DNA of 32,000 nucleotides from Pseudodesulfovibrio mercurii (lineage in GTDB: Bacteria; Desulfobacterota; Desulfovibrionia; Desulfovibrionales; Desulfovibrionaceae), in contig NC_016803.1 in assembly GCF_000189295.2 (NCBI RefSeq), positions 2,130,001-2,162,000 of the forward strand, in the 5' to 3' direction. Under the pieces are notes generated by a model. It was given only the letters and a program-made list of their open reading frames with translations, had not been told where the DNA came from and did no database searches. How positions within the stretch are numbered: position 1 is the stretch's first letter; every line of letters begins with the position of its first letter. Shown piece after piece: positions 1 through 8,793 of the stretch. A program made the translations under genes and the position numbers.

Positions 1-12
1 TGCCGAACATCG

Positions 13-42
13 GGGCCGGGTGTCGTCACTCGGTCCTTTTTT
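13..42 (+). terminator. Rho-independent terminator, probably for a + strand gene lying left of the window
   Basis: GGGCCGGGTG (13-22) pairs with CACTCGGTCC (27-36) around a TCGT loop, with two G-T wobbles. TTTTTT (37-42) follows directly. Confidence 0.55.
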
Positions 43-54
43 CGCGTCTTCGGC

Positions 55-339
55 CTAGGGATTCAGTTCGGCGCGGAACTTCCGGGACAGCCGGAAGACG
101 ACCACCTTGCGCGGGGGCAGGGTGATGGTCTGGGTCGTCTGCGGATTGCGGCCCTTGCGGGCGCGCTTGTCGTACGCCTCGAACTTGCCGAAACCGGAGA
201 TCAGCAGGGCGTGGTCCTTCTTGATGGACTTCTTCATGATCTCGAGAATGATCTCCACCAGGTCCTTGATCTCGGCGCGGTTCTTGTCGGTGCGTTCGTA
301 GATGTAGTCCACGATACCGGCTTTGGTGAGAGTGCTCAT
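55..339 (-). CDS. HU/IHF-family DNA-binding protein (IHF-subunit-like)
   Basis: 94-aa ORF. The segment ...LISGFGKFEAYDKRARKGRNPQTTQTITLPPRKVVVFRLSRKF matches the beta-arm/GRNP region typical of the HU/IHF family. Size is typical. Confidence 0.85.
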   Translation of the reverse strand: MSTLTKAGIVDYIYERTDKNRAEIKDLVEIILEIMKKSIKKDHALLISGFGKFEAYDKRARKGRNPQTTQTITLPPRKVVVFRLSRKFRAELNP

Positions 340-369
340 CGATTGCCTCCAAAAAGGGTTTTCAATAAC

Positions 370-795
370 TTACTTCAGCAATCCCGCGATGGTGGCCGCG
401 AGTTTCCGCATGTCGTCCGGGTTCTCGTAGGACGACTGGCCCCACAGTTTCAGGCCGTCTTCCGCGAACCGCGGGATGAGATGAAAATGCGCGTGGTGAA
501 CCAGCTGTCCGGCCGCCTCGAAGTTGTTCTGCATGAGGTTGAGCCCGTCCGCGCCCGTGGCCTGCATGACCGCGCCGCCCACGGCGGACAGGGCCCGGAA
601 CAGGTCCTCGCCCAGCCCGGACGGGATGTCCATGAGCGTGGGGTAATGGTCCTTGGGCAAGACCAGGGCATGCCCGGGATGCACGGGGGCGATGTCCAGG
701 AAGGCCAGGACCGTGTCCGATTCATATATCCTGGCGCAGGGAATCTCCCCGGCCACGATCTTGCAAAAAATACACTCGGAATCCACAATGGACAT
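370..795 (-). CDS. HIT-family (histidine triad) nucleotide hydrolase/transferase
   Basis: Carries the histidine-triad motif HHAHFHLIPR and an N-terminal CIFCKI zinc-ribbon-like motif. I placed the start at ATG 795 (GGAGGG about 9 nt upstream) instead of the ORF-track start at 888. Confidence 0.85.
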   Translation of the reverse strand: MSIVDSECIFCKIVAGEIPCARIYESDTVLAFLDIAPVHPGHALVLPKDHYPTLMDIPSGLGEDLFRALSAVGGAVMQATGADGLNLMQNNFEAAGQLVHHAHFHLIPRFAEDGLKLWGQSSYENPDDMRKLAATIAGLLK

Positions 796-1122
796 GCGTC
801 GTTTCCCTCCGTCGGAACCGAATTCCAAACGTTTCAAGCGCATGGAATCCACGGTCGTGCGATGACAGTTTTTGACCGTTACTCGCATTCATACAAGGGA
901 TATCCAGTTAAATCAAGTCAGTTCGTTCAATTTCCTGAAAACCCACGCGCGGCAAGGGTTGCGGCGAAGTCTAGATATAATCTGAAAAATCGGACGGTTG
1001 ACGGACGGGGGCTGATTGAAACCGTTGTTTGAATCAATTGTGAAACGATTTCAAATGGTTGTAAAGCCCATTGAGAAAAGGTCCGCCATTGCGGGCAAAT
1101 ACCCCGAACCAGGGGAAAAATA

Positions 1123-1740
1123 TCAGGTTTTCGGCCGGGCCGGAACCCCGACCACGGTCGATCCCGCGGGCACGTCGCCCAGGACCACCGCGCCCGCGCC
1201 GGCCACGGCCCCGTCGCCCAGGGACACGCCCGGCAGCACGGCCGCGCCCAGCCCGACCAGCACGCCCGCGCCGATGCGCACCGCGCCCGCCAGCTTGGCG
1301 CCCGGAGCCACGTGCGCGTGATCCCCGATGCGGCAGTCGTGGTCGGTCACGCTGCCGGTGTTCAGGATGACGTCGTCGCCGATGACGCTCCCGGTGTTGA
1401 CGATGGCCCCCGGACAGACCATGCAGCCCCGGCCCAGGACCACGTCCGGGGCGAGGATGGCCGTGGGGTGGACCGCGTTGACGAAGGTCTCGCCCCTGGC
1501 CGCGAAGTGCTCGAAGAGCCGCCGCCGGATACCGTTGTCGCCCACGGCCACCACCAGGCCGTCGTGGGGGATGTCGTCCACGGCGTCGTCGCCGCCGAGC
1601 ACGGGCAGGCCGAAGGGGCCGGGTGTGCCGGGCGCGCGCTCCGCCGTGACGAAGCCCACGGGCTCCATGCCCTCCACGGCCAGCAGGATGTCCGCCACCA
1701 CGCGGGCGTGGCCCCCGCCGCCTATGATCACTATTCTCAT
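1123..1740 (-). CDS. NeuD/PglD-type sugar acetyltransferase (hexapeptide-repeat transferase)
   Basis: N-terminal MRIVIIGGGGHARVV Rossmann-like segment. C-terminal left-handed beta-helix hexapeptide repeats (IGDDVILNTGSVTDHDCRIGDHAHVAPGAKLAGAVRIGAGVLVGLGA). Confidence 0.8.
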   Translation of the reverse strand: MRIVIIGGGGHARVVADILLAVEGMEPVGFVTAERAPGTPGPFGLPVLGGDDAVDDIPHDGLVVAVGDNGIRRRLFEHFAARGETFVNAVHPTAILAPDVVLGRGCMVCPGAIVNTGSVIGDDVILNTGSVTDHDCRIGDHAHVAPGAKLAGAVRIGAGVLVGLGAAVLPGVSLGDGAVAGAGAVVLGDVPAGSTVVGVPARPKT

Positions 1741-1968
1741 GCGCGCCCCCTTGCCGCCCCGTCCCGGCGAAAGGCCAGGGATTCCGGTGCGGTGGTCATG
1801 ACACGGAACCTACCCGCTTTGCTTTTTCGGTGTCAACCGCGCCCGGCCGCCCCTTGCACACGCTTGACGCGGGCTTCCGCCCCGCGCTATCCCGTTGCCA
1901 CCGAAAACCGACACCGCCGCGCGGGCCGGTGCCGCCAGGGGCCGTCCGCGCGCACCAAGGAGCCATAC

Positions 1969-2895
1969 ATGACCAAGACCGGCATTCTCTTCCCCGGACA
2001 GGGGTCCCAGGAACAGGGCATGGGCCGCGACGCGGCCGAGGCGAACCCCGCCGCCCTGGAACTCTGGAAACTCGCCGAGCGCGAGTCCGGCCTGGCCCTG
2101 CGCGAAATCTACTGGGACGGCGACGCGGCCGACATGGCCGACACCCGCGCCCTGCAACCCGCCCTGACCGTGGTCAACCTGAGCCTGTGGCTGGCCGTGA
2201 AGGACAAGCTCTCCCCCGCGGCCACGGCCGGGCACTCGCTCGGCGAATTCGCCTCCCTGGGCGCGGCCGGGGTCCTCGGCGTGGAGGACTGCGTCCGGGC
2301 CGTGACCCTGCGCGGGCGGCTCATGGCCGAAAGCGGCGGCGCTGGGCACGGCATGGCCGCCGTGGTCAAGCTGGACCAGGACAAGGTCGAGGAGATCGTG
2401 GCCCGGGCCGTGGAGCAGGCCGGCCGGGAACTGCGCATCGCCAACTACAACACCCCGGCCCAGTTCGTCATCTCCGGCGAGGCCGAGGCGCTGGACGCGG
2501 CCGAAGCCCTGGTCAAGGAGGCCAGGGGGCGGGCCATCCGGCTGGCCGTGTCCGGGGCGTTCCACTCCCCGCTCATCCGGGAGGCCGCCGACGAATTCGC
2601 CGTCTTCCTCGCGACCCTCGACTGGAAGGGGCCGGCCTTCCCGGTCTTCCACAACGCCACGGCCCTGCCCGAGCCCGACCCGGCGGCCATCCTGTCCACC
2701 ATGCAGGGCCAGATGACCTCCTCGGTCCTGTGGACCCAGACCATGCGGGCCATGTGGGCGCTCGGCGTGCGCCGCTTCATCGAGGTCGGGCCCAAGGGCG
2801 TGCTCTTCAAGATGCTCAAGGCCAACCTCGGCGACGAGGCGGAGCAGTGGTCCGGCCTCAACGTGGGCAATCTGGCCCAGGCCGGGGAGCTGTAG
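1969..2895 (+). CDS. fabD: Malonyl-CoA:ACP transacylase
   Basis: FPGQGSQ N-terminus, the GHSLGE active-site serine motif and the SGAFHSPL motif. AAGGAG lies 6 nt before ATG 1969. The ORF-track extension back to 1312 is Arg/Gly/Ala-rich with no homology and was rejected. Confidence 0.92.
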   Translation: MTKTGILFPGQGSQEQGMGRDAAEANPAALELWKLAERESGLALREIYWDGDAADMADTRALQPALTVVNLSLWLAVKDKLSPAATAGHSLGEFASLGAAGVLGVEDCVRAVTLRGRLMAESGGAGHGMAAVVKLDQDKVEEIVARAVEQAGRELRIANYNTPAQFVISGEAEALDAAEALVKEARGRAIRLAVSGAFHSPLIREAADEFAVFLATLDWKGPAFPVFHNATALPEPDPAAILSTMQGQMTSSVLWTQTMRAMWALGVRRFIEVGPKGVLFKMLKANLGDEAEQWSGLNVGNLAQAGEL

Positions 2896-2899
2896 CCCC

Positions 2900-3727
2900 G
2901 TGACCCGGACCTACGGCATCATCGGCTGGCCGCTGGGCCACACCCTGTCCCCGGCCCTGCACAACCGGGGCTTCGCCGAGCTCGGCCTGGACGCCCGCTA
3001 CGAGGCATGGCCGCTCGAACCCGACGGCCTGCCCGCGTTCATTGAGCGCGTGCGCACCGAGCCGATTTACGGCCTGTCCGTGACCATCCCGCACAAGCGC
3101 GCGGTCATGGCCCATCTCGACCGCATCTCGGACCGCGCCCTGGCCATCGGCGCGGTCAATACCGTGTACTGGGACGGGGACCTGCTGTGCGGCGAGAACA
3201 CCGACGTCATCGGCGTGGTCGCCCCCCTGCGCGGGCTCGACCCCCTGCCGCGCTCGGCCGTGGTGCTGGGCGCCGGCGGCGCGGCGCGGGCCGCCGTGGC
3301 CGGGTTCCTGGAGCTGGGCATCGAACGCGTGGCCGTGTCCAACCGCACCCGGAGCAAGGCCGAGGCACTGGCCGGGGATTTCGGCGTGAAATGCGTGGAC
3401 TGGGCCGGACGCATGGACGTTCCCTGGGACCTGGTCTGCAACACCACGCCGCTGGGCATGTCCGGCGACCTGGTGGGCGAGACCCCGTGGGACGCAGCCC
3501 GATTCGCCGCGGGTGCGGTGGCCTACGACATCGTGTACAATCCGCTCAGGACCCGATTCCTGGCCGAGGCCGAAGCGGCCGGGTGCCGCACCGTCTCGGG
3601 CCTCGAGATGTTCCTGCACCAGGGGCTGGCCCAGTTCCGGCTGTGGACCGGGCGGGACATGGACGAGGCCGGGGCGCGGCGGCTGCTGCTGTCGCTCCTG
3701 GCCCCACAACCCAAGCAACGAGGATGA
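2900..3727 (+). CDS. aroE: Shikimate 5-dehydrogenase
   Basis: YGIIGWPLGHTLSP, GLSVTIPHK, GENTDVIG and GAGGAARA (NADP-binding loop) motifs. GTG start 4 nt after the fabD stop. Confidence 0.9.
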   Translation: MTRTYGIIGWPLGHTLSPALHNRGFAELGLDARYEAWPLEPDGLPAFIERVRTEPIYGLSVTIPHKRAVMAHLDRISDRALAIGAVNTVYWDGDLLCGENTDVIGVVAPLRGLDPLPRSAVVLGAGGAARAAVAGFLELGIERVAVSNRTRSKAEALAGDFGVKCVDWAGRMDVPWDLVCNTTPLGMSGDLVGETPWDAARFAAGAVAYDIVYNPLRTRFLAEAEAAGCRTVSGLEMFLHQGLAQFRLWTGRDMDEAGARRLLLSLLAPQPKQRG

Positions 3728-3732
3728 TCCCC

Positions 3733-4389
3733 ATGCAACGCCGCTCCCTTTTCGCCCCCGTCCTTTGGGCCTGCGCCCTGCTCCTGGCCTGTTTCCTGTT
3801 CCCGGCCCTGTCCGCCGGTCCGGCCCAGGCCGGGCCCAATCCGGTGGTGGTCATGGAGACCTCCATGGGCCGGATCATGGTCATGCTCTACCCCGCCGAA
3901 GCGCCCAAGACCGTGGCCAACTTCCTGAAATACGTGAACGCGGGCTTCTACGACAACACCATCTTCCACCGGGTCATCCGGGCCAAGGGCGGCCAGGGCA
4001 TGGCCGTGGTCCAGGGCGGCGGCTACACCTTCCCGGTGAACCGCAAGGCCCCGCTCTTCCCGCCCATCCCCAACGAGTCGTCCACGGCCCTGGAAAACCT
4101 CAAGGGGACCATCGCCATGGCCAGGGCCGACGCGCCCGACTCGGCCACCTGCGAATTTTTCTTCAACGTCCGGGACAACTCGTCCCTGGACTTCACCCAG
4201 TCCGCCTCCCTGACCGGCGCGTCCACCTATTCCCAGAAGACCAGCGCGGGCTACTGCGCCTTCGGCAAGGTCATCCGGGGCATGGACGTGGTCGAACAGA
4301 TCAACGAGGTCAAGACCGCCAGGGCGGGCCGCATGGAGGACGTCCCGGTCAATCCCGTGATCCTCAAGAAGGCCTACCTGGCCAGGTAA
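3733..4389 (+). CDS. Secreted cyclophilin-type peptidyl-prolyl cis-trans isomerase
   Basis: Signal peptide (LLLACFLFPALSAGPAQA) followed by cyclophilin motifs (FYDNTIFHRVI, GTIAMARA, EFFFNV, FGKVIRGMDVV). An alternative in-frame ATG at 3724 overlaps the aroE stop. Confidence 0.88.
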   Translation: MQRRSLFAPVLWACALLLACFLFPALSAGPAQAGPNPVVVMETSMGRIMVMLYPAEAPKTVANFLKYVNAGFYDNTIFHRVIRAKGGQGMAVVQGGGYTFPVNRKAPLFPPIPNESSTALENLKGTIAMARADAPDSATCEFFFNVRDNSSLDFTQSASLTGASTYSQKTSAGYCAFGKVIRGMDVVEQINEVKTARAGRMEDVPVNPVILKKAYLAR

Positions 4390-4404
4390 CGGGAAGGCGG
4401 ACGC

Positions 4405-5274
4405 CTACAGGCTGCAAAAATCGTCGGAACATTCGAGGAACAGGTCCCACAGGGACCGCAACTCGACCACCACATTGGCCGCGACCGTGTCCAGGACCGC
4501 CGAGGTGATGCCCAGCCGCTCGACCACAGCGTTGGAGACCTCGTAGTTGAGGCCGTCCGCGCCGAGCCCCAGGCCGATCATCTTGGCCAGGACGTTGCCC
4601 ACGTGGACCAGGTCCAGGACCGGGTCCAGGCCGGGATATCCGTCCGGCCGCAGGTGGTGGCGGACCACCTTGGTCAGGGACTCGGGCAGCCCCCAGCGCT
4701 CGAGCACGACGGCGCCCAGCTCCGCGTGAGTGATGCCGAAGACCGCCTCCTCAGCCCGGTCGAAGGCCAGGTCCCGGTCAAAGACCAGGCGCAGGATGTC
4801 GCGCAGGTCCACCTGGACGTAGGCCCCGAGCAGGAGCTTGCCGATGCCGGACAGCAGCCCGGCGGTGTAGACGTGATCGGGCGCGTCCATGCCCAGGGTC
4901 CGGGCCAGCTCGCGCGAGGCCAGGGCCACGGTGGTGGAGTGTTGCAGGAACTGGCTGGGGGCCTGGTCGTAGCCCGCGATGACGTGGACGTAGTACGGGG
5001 CCACGCCCGTGGAGATGAAGAAGCGCAGGACGTCGGGCGACCTGAGGACGTCCAGGGCCGCGCGGGCGGTCAGCACCGGCCCGGTTCCGACCGGGTCCGA
5101 AGCGTTGACCACCTTGAGCAGGTTGGCGGTCAGGCCGGGGTCGTGCTCGATGATCCGGGCCAGCCGCGAGAAGTCCGCCTCCGGGCCGTCCAGCAGGGAC
5201 CCGGCCTTGCGCACGCAGGTCGGCATGGCCACGACTTTGGCGCAGGCCGCCAGGATCTCCTCTCGTCGGCTCAC
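4405..5274 (-). CDS. HDOD-domain signalling protein
   Basis: The segment FSRLARIIEHDPGLTANLLKVVNAS plus downstream helical HD-related regions (GLLSGIGKLLL, THAELGAVVLERWGLP) are typical of the HDOD domain. GTG start overlaps the cheD stop (GTGA). Confidence 0.75.
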   Translation of the reverse strand: MSRREEILAACAKVVAMPTCVRKAGSLLDGPEADFSRLARIIEHDPGLTANLLKVVNASDPVGTGPVLTARAALDVLRSPDVLRFFISTGVAPYYVHVIAGYDQAPSQFLQHSTTVALASRELARTLGMDAPDHVYTAGLLSGIGKLLLGAYVQVDLRDILRLVFDRDLAFDRAEEAVFGITHAELGAVVLERWGLPESLTKVVRHHLRPDGYPGLDPVLDLVHVGNVLAKMIGLGLGADGLNYEVSNAVVERLGITSAVLDTVAANVVVELRSLWDLFLECSDDFCSL

Positions 5275-5750
5275 AGATCGCTCTCCTTCCCCAGGACCCG
5301 CACTACCACACGACCGGTGTCCAGGTACAGAAAGAGTGTGCGCGGGGTGGTTCCGCCCACGTCATGGGCCGCCAGCCGCCGGTGGTTGTGCTCCAGCAGG
5401 CGCATGAGCGCCTTGAAGTTGCGCACGCCCGTGTCGAAGATGCGGTCCCTGCGCATGTTCGCCCCGCCCGCCGCCTTGAAGACCAGCCGATTCCGGTCCG
5501 CCCCGAGGTCCACCAGCCTGCGCACGGTCATGGCCACCCCGGTGTTGACGAACATGAACGGGTTGGCCCGCGCCTTTTCCCTGGCCGCGGCGGCCGTGGG
5601 CAGCAGGCAGTGGACCATGCCGCCGATCCGCGCCTTGGGGTCGTAGATCGCGACCCCGAGGCAGGAGCCCAGGGAATAGGTGACGATGACGTCTCCGGGG
5701 TTGGCGGACAGCTTCATGTCCGAGATGCCGACGACCAGCGTGTTGTTCAT
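5271..5750 (-). CDS. cheD: Chemoreceptor glutamine deamidase CheD
   Basis: 159 aa. SLGSCLGVAIYDP (catalytic Cys region), GGMVHCLLP and GGANMRR motifs match the CheD family. The long ORF-track extension to 6584 is antisense to the phosphoesterase gene and was rejected. An alternative start at 5822 cannot be excluded. Confidence 0.85.
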   Translation of the reverse strand: MNNTLVVGISDMKLSANPGDVIVTYSLGSCLGVAIYDPKARIGGMVHCLLPTAAAAREKARANPFMFVNTGVAMTVRRLVDLGADRNRLVFKAAGGANMRRDRIFDTGVRNFKALMRLLEHNHRRLAAHDVGGTTPRTLFLYLDTGRVVVRVLGKESDL

Positions 5751-5831
5751 GGTCAGCCCATATATGCAGGCGGCCCCGGAGTAAAGCCCGCCCCACTTGC
5801 CATCCGGCCCCGATTCCCCCATAGTCGGGCA

Positions 5832-6569
5832 ATGCACGACACCTCCCCCCTGGCCGTCCTGGCCGACATCCACGGCAACGCGGCCGCGCTCAAGGCCGTC
5901 CTGGACCATGCCCGGACGCGCGGCCTGACCCGGTTCGTCAACCTCGGCGACACCTTCTACGGCCCCCTGGACCCGGCCGGAACCTGGGGCATCCTGCGGG
6001 CCATGGACATGCCCGCCGTGCTCGGCAACCAGGACCGCATCCTGCTGGACGACGCGCCGCCGCCCGCCGTGGCCGCCGTGCGCCGGGCCCTCGGCCCCGA
6101 GGCCCTGGCCTGGCTGGCCGGGCTGCCCGCGACCCTGCGCCCGGAGCCGGACGTCCTGGTCTGCCACGGCACGCCCCGCGACGACGCCGCCTACCTGCTG
6201 GAGGACGTGACCACGGGCCTGCCCGCACCGCGCCCCCCCGAGGCGATCCTGGCCGACCTCCTGCCCGAGGCCCGGGGCTGCTCCCTGGTCCTGGCCGGAC
6301 ACAGCCACCATGCGGGCCTGGCCGTGGCGGGCGATGTCACCGTGGTCAATCCGGGCAGCGTGGGGCTGCCCGCCTACGATGACGACGATCCGCCCCACGT
6401 CATGGCCAGCGGCTCGCCCAGGGCGGCCTACGCCGTGCTCAGGCGCACCGGCGGAGGCTGGGACGCGGAGTTTGTGGAGGTGGACTACGACTGGGAATCC
6501 GCCGCCCGCCTGGCCCGGGAAAACGGGCGCGGGGACTGGGCGCGCTGGCTGTCCACGGGGCTGGCCTAG
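5832..6569 (+). CDS. Calcineurin-like metallophosphoesterase (YfcE/MJ0936-like)
   Basis: Motifs DIHGN, LGDTFYGP, GNQD and VCHGTP...GHSH in the canonical order for the metallophosphoesterase fold. Confidence 0.85.
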   Translation: MHDTSPLAVLADIHGNAAALKAVLDHARTRGLTRFVNLGDTFYGPLDPAGTWGILRAMDMPAVLGNQDRILLDDAPPPAVAAVRRALGPEALAWLAGLPATLRPEPDVLVCHGTPRDDAAYLLEDVTTGLPAPRPPEAILADLLPEARGCSLVLAGHSHHAGLAVAGDVTVVNPGSVGLPAYDDDDPPHVMASGSPRAAYAVLRRTGGGWDAEFVEVDYDWESAARLARENGRGDWARWLSTGLA

Positions 6570-6727
6570 GCCGGTTCCGGACACACTGCGGCACGTATTC
6601 AGGAATCTTTCCCCTTTTTTTCTGGACTTTTTTTAGATTCTTCTGAAAAATACGACCTTAATGAACCTGTCGGACGCGCCCTTCGGAAGGCGCTGTCGGG
6701 CGGAAGACCCGAACGGTCCCATATGCC

Positions 6728-8530
6728 ATGAAGCCGCATCACGTCGGAAACATACGCCTGCTGACCGCCCTGGCGCTCTGCGCCCTGGCGGGCTTGCTGC
6801 TGTGCGCTTCCCCGGCCCGCGCCGCCTCGGCCAAATCCTACTTCACCACGGGCCACGCAGAGTTCCACGCCCTGGTCAAGGACGCGCGCAAGGCCAAGTA
6901 CCGCTCCAACTGGCAGAAGGTGGAGGAGACCTTCTCCCTCTGCCTCAAGACCGCGCCCAACGGCCCCTATGCGCCCAAGGCCCTGTACTACATCGGCCGG
7001 GTCTACGAGGAACTGGGCGCGCAGAGCGGGCTCAAGTCCGACTTCCGCAAGGCCGTGGACTACTACGGCCGGGTCCTGGCCCGGTACCCGCGCCACGGCT
7101 GGGCCGACGACTGTCTGTTCCGGCGGGCCGACGTCTACGCCCGCAGGCTCAACGAGACCACCGCCGCCCGGCTGGACCTGGCCACCATCATCGTGGACTA
7201 CCCGCGCTCGGACATGCGCGCCAAGGCCGACGCCGCCCTGAAGCGGCTGGGCAAATACCAGTGGGCCGTGAACAAGGTCTCGGGCGGGTCGGGCGACGGC
7301 CTGAACGCCGTGGCCTCGGCGGCCGCCAAGGCCCCGGCCCCGGTCAAACAGCAGCCCGTGGCCGCCGCGCCCAGGGATCCGTCCGGCCTGGCCCATCTCG
7401 ACGTGGTCCGGTTCACCTCCAGCGACGAGTACACCCGCGTGGTCCTGGAGCTCGACGCCCAGGTCAAGTACCGCTACCAGGTGCTCGGCCCCAACCCGGC
7501 CGTGAACCGCCCCCACCGCCTGTACATCGACATCCAGGACTCCCGCCTGGGCCACGACGTGACCGCCTCGACCACCGTGTCCGACGGCATCCTGCGCTCC
7601 ATCCGCACCGGCCAGTACTCCAAGGACACCACCCGCGTGGTCCTCGATTTCCTGAACATGCAGGACTACAAGATATTTCCCCTGCAGAACCCCTACCGCA
7701 TCGTCATCGACGTGTACGCGCCCGACGGCAATTCGCCCGCCCCGGCCGTGGCCTCGGCCGAGCCCGCGCACAAGACCCCGGCCAATTCCGACTACCGCCC
7801 GCCCAAGGGCAGCAAGCAGATGGCCGGGAGCCTCCTCGAACAGCTCGGCCTGACGGTCCGGACGATCATGATCGACGCCGGGCACGGCGGCAAGGACCCC
7901 GGCGCCACGGCCAACGGGCTGCGCGAAAAGGACATCAACCTGGAGTTCGCCAGGCTCCTGGGCGGCAAGCTCGAGGCCAAGGGGTTCCGGGTCATCTACA
8001 CCCGGACCACGGACGTGTTCATCCCCCTGGAGAAGCGCACGGCCATGGCCAACGCCCAGAAGGCGGACCTGTTCCTGTCCATCCACTGCAACGCCAACCA
8101 CAGCCGCAAGGTCAACGGGCTGGAGACCTACAGCCTGAACCTGGCCAAGACCGACGCGGCCGTGCGCATCGCGGCCCGCGAAAACGGCGTGGACCCGCAC
8201 GCCATCTCGGACATCCAGTTCATCCTGACCGACCTGATGATCAACTCCAAGATCAAGGAGTCCCGCGACCTGGCCGGGGACGTGCAGACCAGCACCATCA
8301 AACGGGTGAAGAAGACCTACCCGATCAACAACAAGGGCACCCGCGAGGCCCCCTTCTACGTGCTCATGGGCGCCAAGATGCCCTCGGTCCTGGTGGAGAT
8401 CGGCTACATCACCAACAAGACCGAGGCCGCCCGTCTGCGCTCGGACAAGTACCGCGAACACCTTGCCAACGGCATCGTGGACGGCGTCCTGGCCTACAAG
8501 AGCCAGATCGAACGCTACGCCATGAACTAA
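6728..8530 (+). CDS. N-acetylmuramoyl-L-alanine amidase with N-terminal TPR-like and AMIN domains (AmiC-like)
   Basis: Signal peptide, then a YbgF/TPR-like region (ALYYIGRVYEELG...DYPRSDMRAKA). An AMIN-like region follows (TRVVLELDAQVKYRYQ...RIVIDVYAP). Then an Amidase_3 core (IMIDAGHGGKDPGA, LFLSIHCNA, LETYSLN, PSVLVEIGYITN). Confidence 0.9.
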   Translation: MKPHHVGNIRLLTALALCALAGLLLCASPARAASAKSYFTTGHAEFHALVKDARKAKYRSNWQKVEETFSLCLKTAPNGPYAPKALYYIGRVYEELGAQSGLKSDFRKAVDYYGRVLARYPRHGWADDCLFRRADVYARRLNETTAARLDLATIIVDYPRSDMRAKADAALKRLGKYQWAVNKVSGGSGDGLNAVASAAAKAPAPVKQQPVAAAPRDPSGLAHLDVVRFTSSDEYTRVVLELDAQVKYRYQVLGPNPAVNRPHRLYIDIQDSRLGHDVTASTTVSDGILRSIRTGQYSKDTTRVVLDFLNMQDYKIFPLQNPYRIVIDVYAPDGNSPAPAVASAEPAHKTPANSDYRPPKGSKQMAGSLLEQLGLTVRTIMIDAGHGGKDPGATANGLREKDINLEFARLLGGKLEAKGFRVIYTRTTDVFIPLEKRTAMANAQKADLFLSIHCNANHSRKVNGLETYSLNLAKTDAAVRIAARENGVDPHAISDIQFILTDLMINSKIKESRDLAGDVQTSTIKRVKKTYPINNKGTREAPFYVLMGAKMPSVLVEIGYITNKTEAARLRSDKYREHLANGIVDGVLAYKSQIERYAMN

Positions 8531-8531
8531 C

Positions 8532-8657
8532 GGCGGCGGGGCCCGAGAGGGGCGCATCCGCACATTTTCCAGCCGGGATTTGATCCTCACGTAGGCGGCT
8601 ACGCTGCGGTCAAACCCCGGCTGAAAAATGCACGGCTGCCCCCCTCTCGAACCCCGC
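8532..8657 (-). repeat. Copy 1 (inverted orientation) of a ~130-nt hairpin-forming repeat family
   Basis: Its reverse complement aligns with 8794-8926 and 11266-11394 through conserved flanks and the conserved apical sequence CCGCAGCGTAGCCGCCTACGTGAGGA. The central stem AGCCGGGATTTGA/TCAAACCCCGGCT is copy-specific. It begins 2 nt after the amidase stop. Confidence 0.85.
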
Positions 8658-8793
8658 CGTGTCGTCGTTTAGTAATTTTCTTCCCGATTGGTGAAGCAGC
8701 CCGTCTCCGCCGCCTTCCCTGGCCCCGCCGCGCCAAGGGTTTCCGCGCCCCCCCCAACGCGAACCGCCTCTTCACTCACCCACCCCCCGCAAC

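Noticed and set aside
1014-1061. Shared short words between the HIT-upstream dyads (GATTGAAAC, GTTTGAATCAATT, TTCAAATGG) and the intragenic helicase palindrome (GATTGAAAAC, GTTTTGAATCGATT, TTCAAATGATT). These hint that both derive from one element family.
   Set aside because: The matches are 8-14 nt, occur in a different order and spacing, and sit in AT-rich sequence where such words recur by chance. A genome-wide search is needed before any homology claim.
1312-1968. N-terminal extensions in the ORF track for fabD (from 1312), cheD (to 6584), the PPIase (from 3187), the phosphoesterase (from 5364), the HD-GYP gene (from 14288), the AbrB-like gene (from 14461), the ATP-grasp gene (to 17602) and the tandem-module gene (to 25932).
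   Set aside because: The extensions overlap neighbouring real genes or are low-complexity. Internal ATG/GTG starts with Shine-Dalgarno-like sequences, or start-stop overlaps, give proteins of family-typical length.
6599-8590. Very long ORFs lie antisense to, or overlapping, well-supported genes. Examples are 6599-8590(-), 6661-8583(+), 8870-11086(+), 11346-12794(+), 12864-14492(+), 14345-15412(-), 16277-17608(+), 17329-18927(+), 19241-20233(-), 20071-21426(-), 22664-23800(+), 23965-25074(+), 27205-28605(-), 27255-28556(+) and 29099-30490(+).
   Set aside because: Their translations are Arg/Gly/Pro/Ala/His-rich low-complexity strings with no recognisable motifs. The alternative frame or strand at each site encodes a protein with clear family signatures. 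Long spurious ORFs of this kind are expected in DNA this GC-rich.
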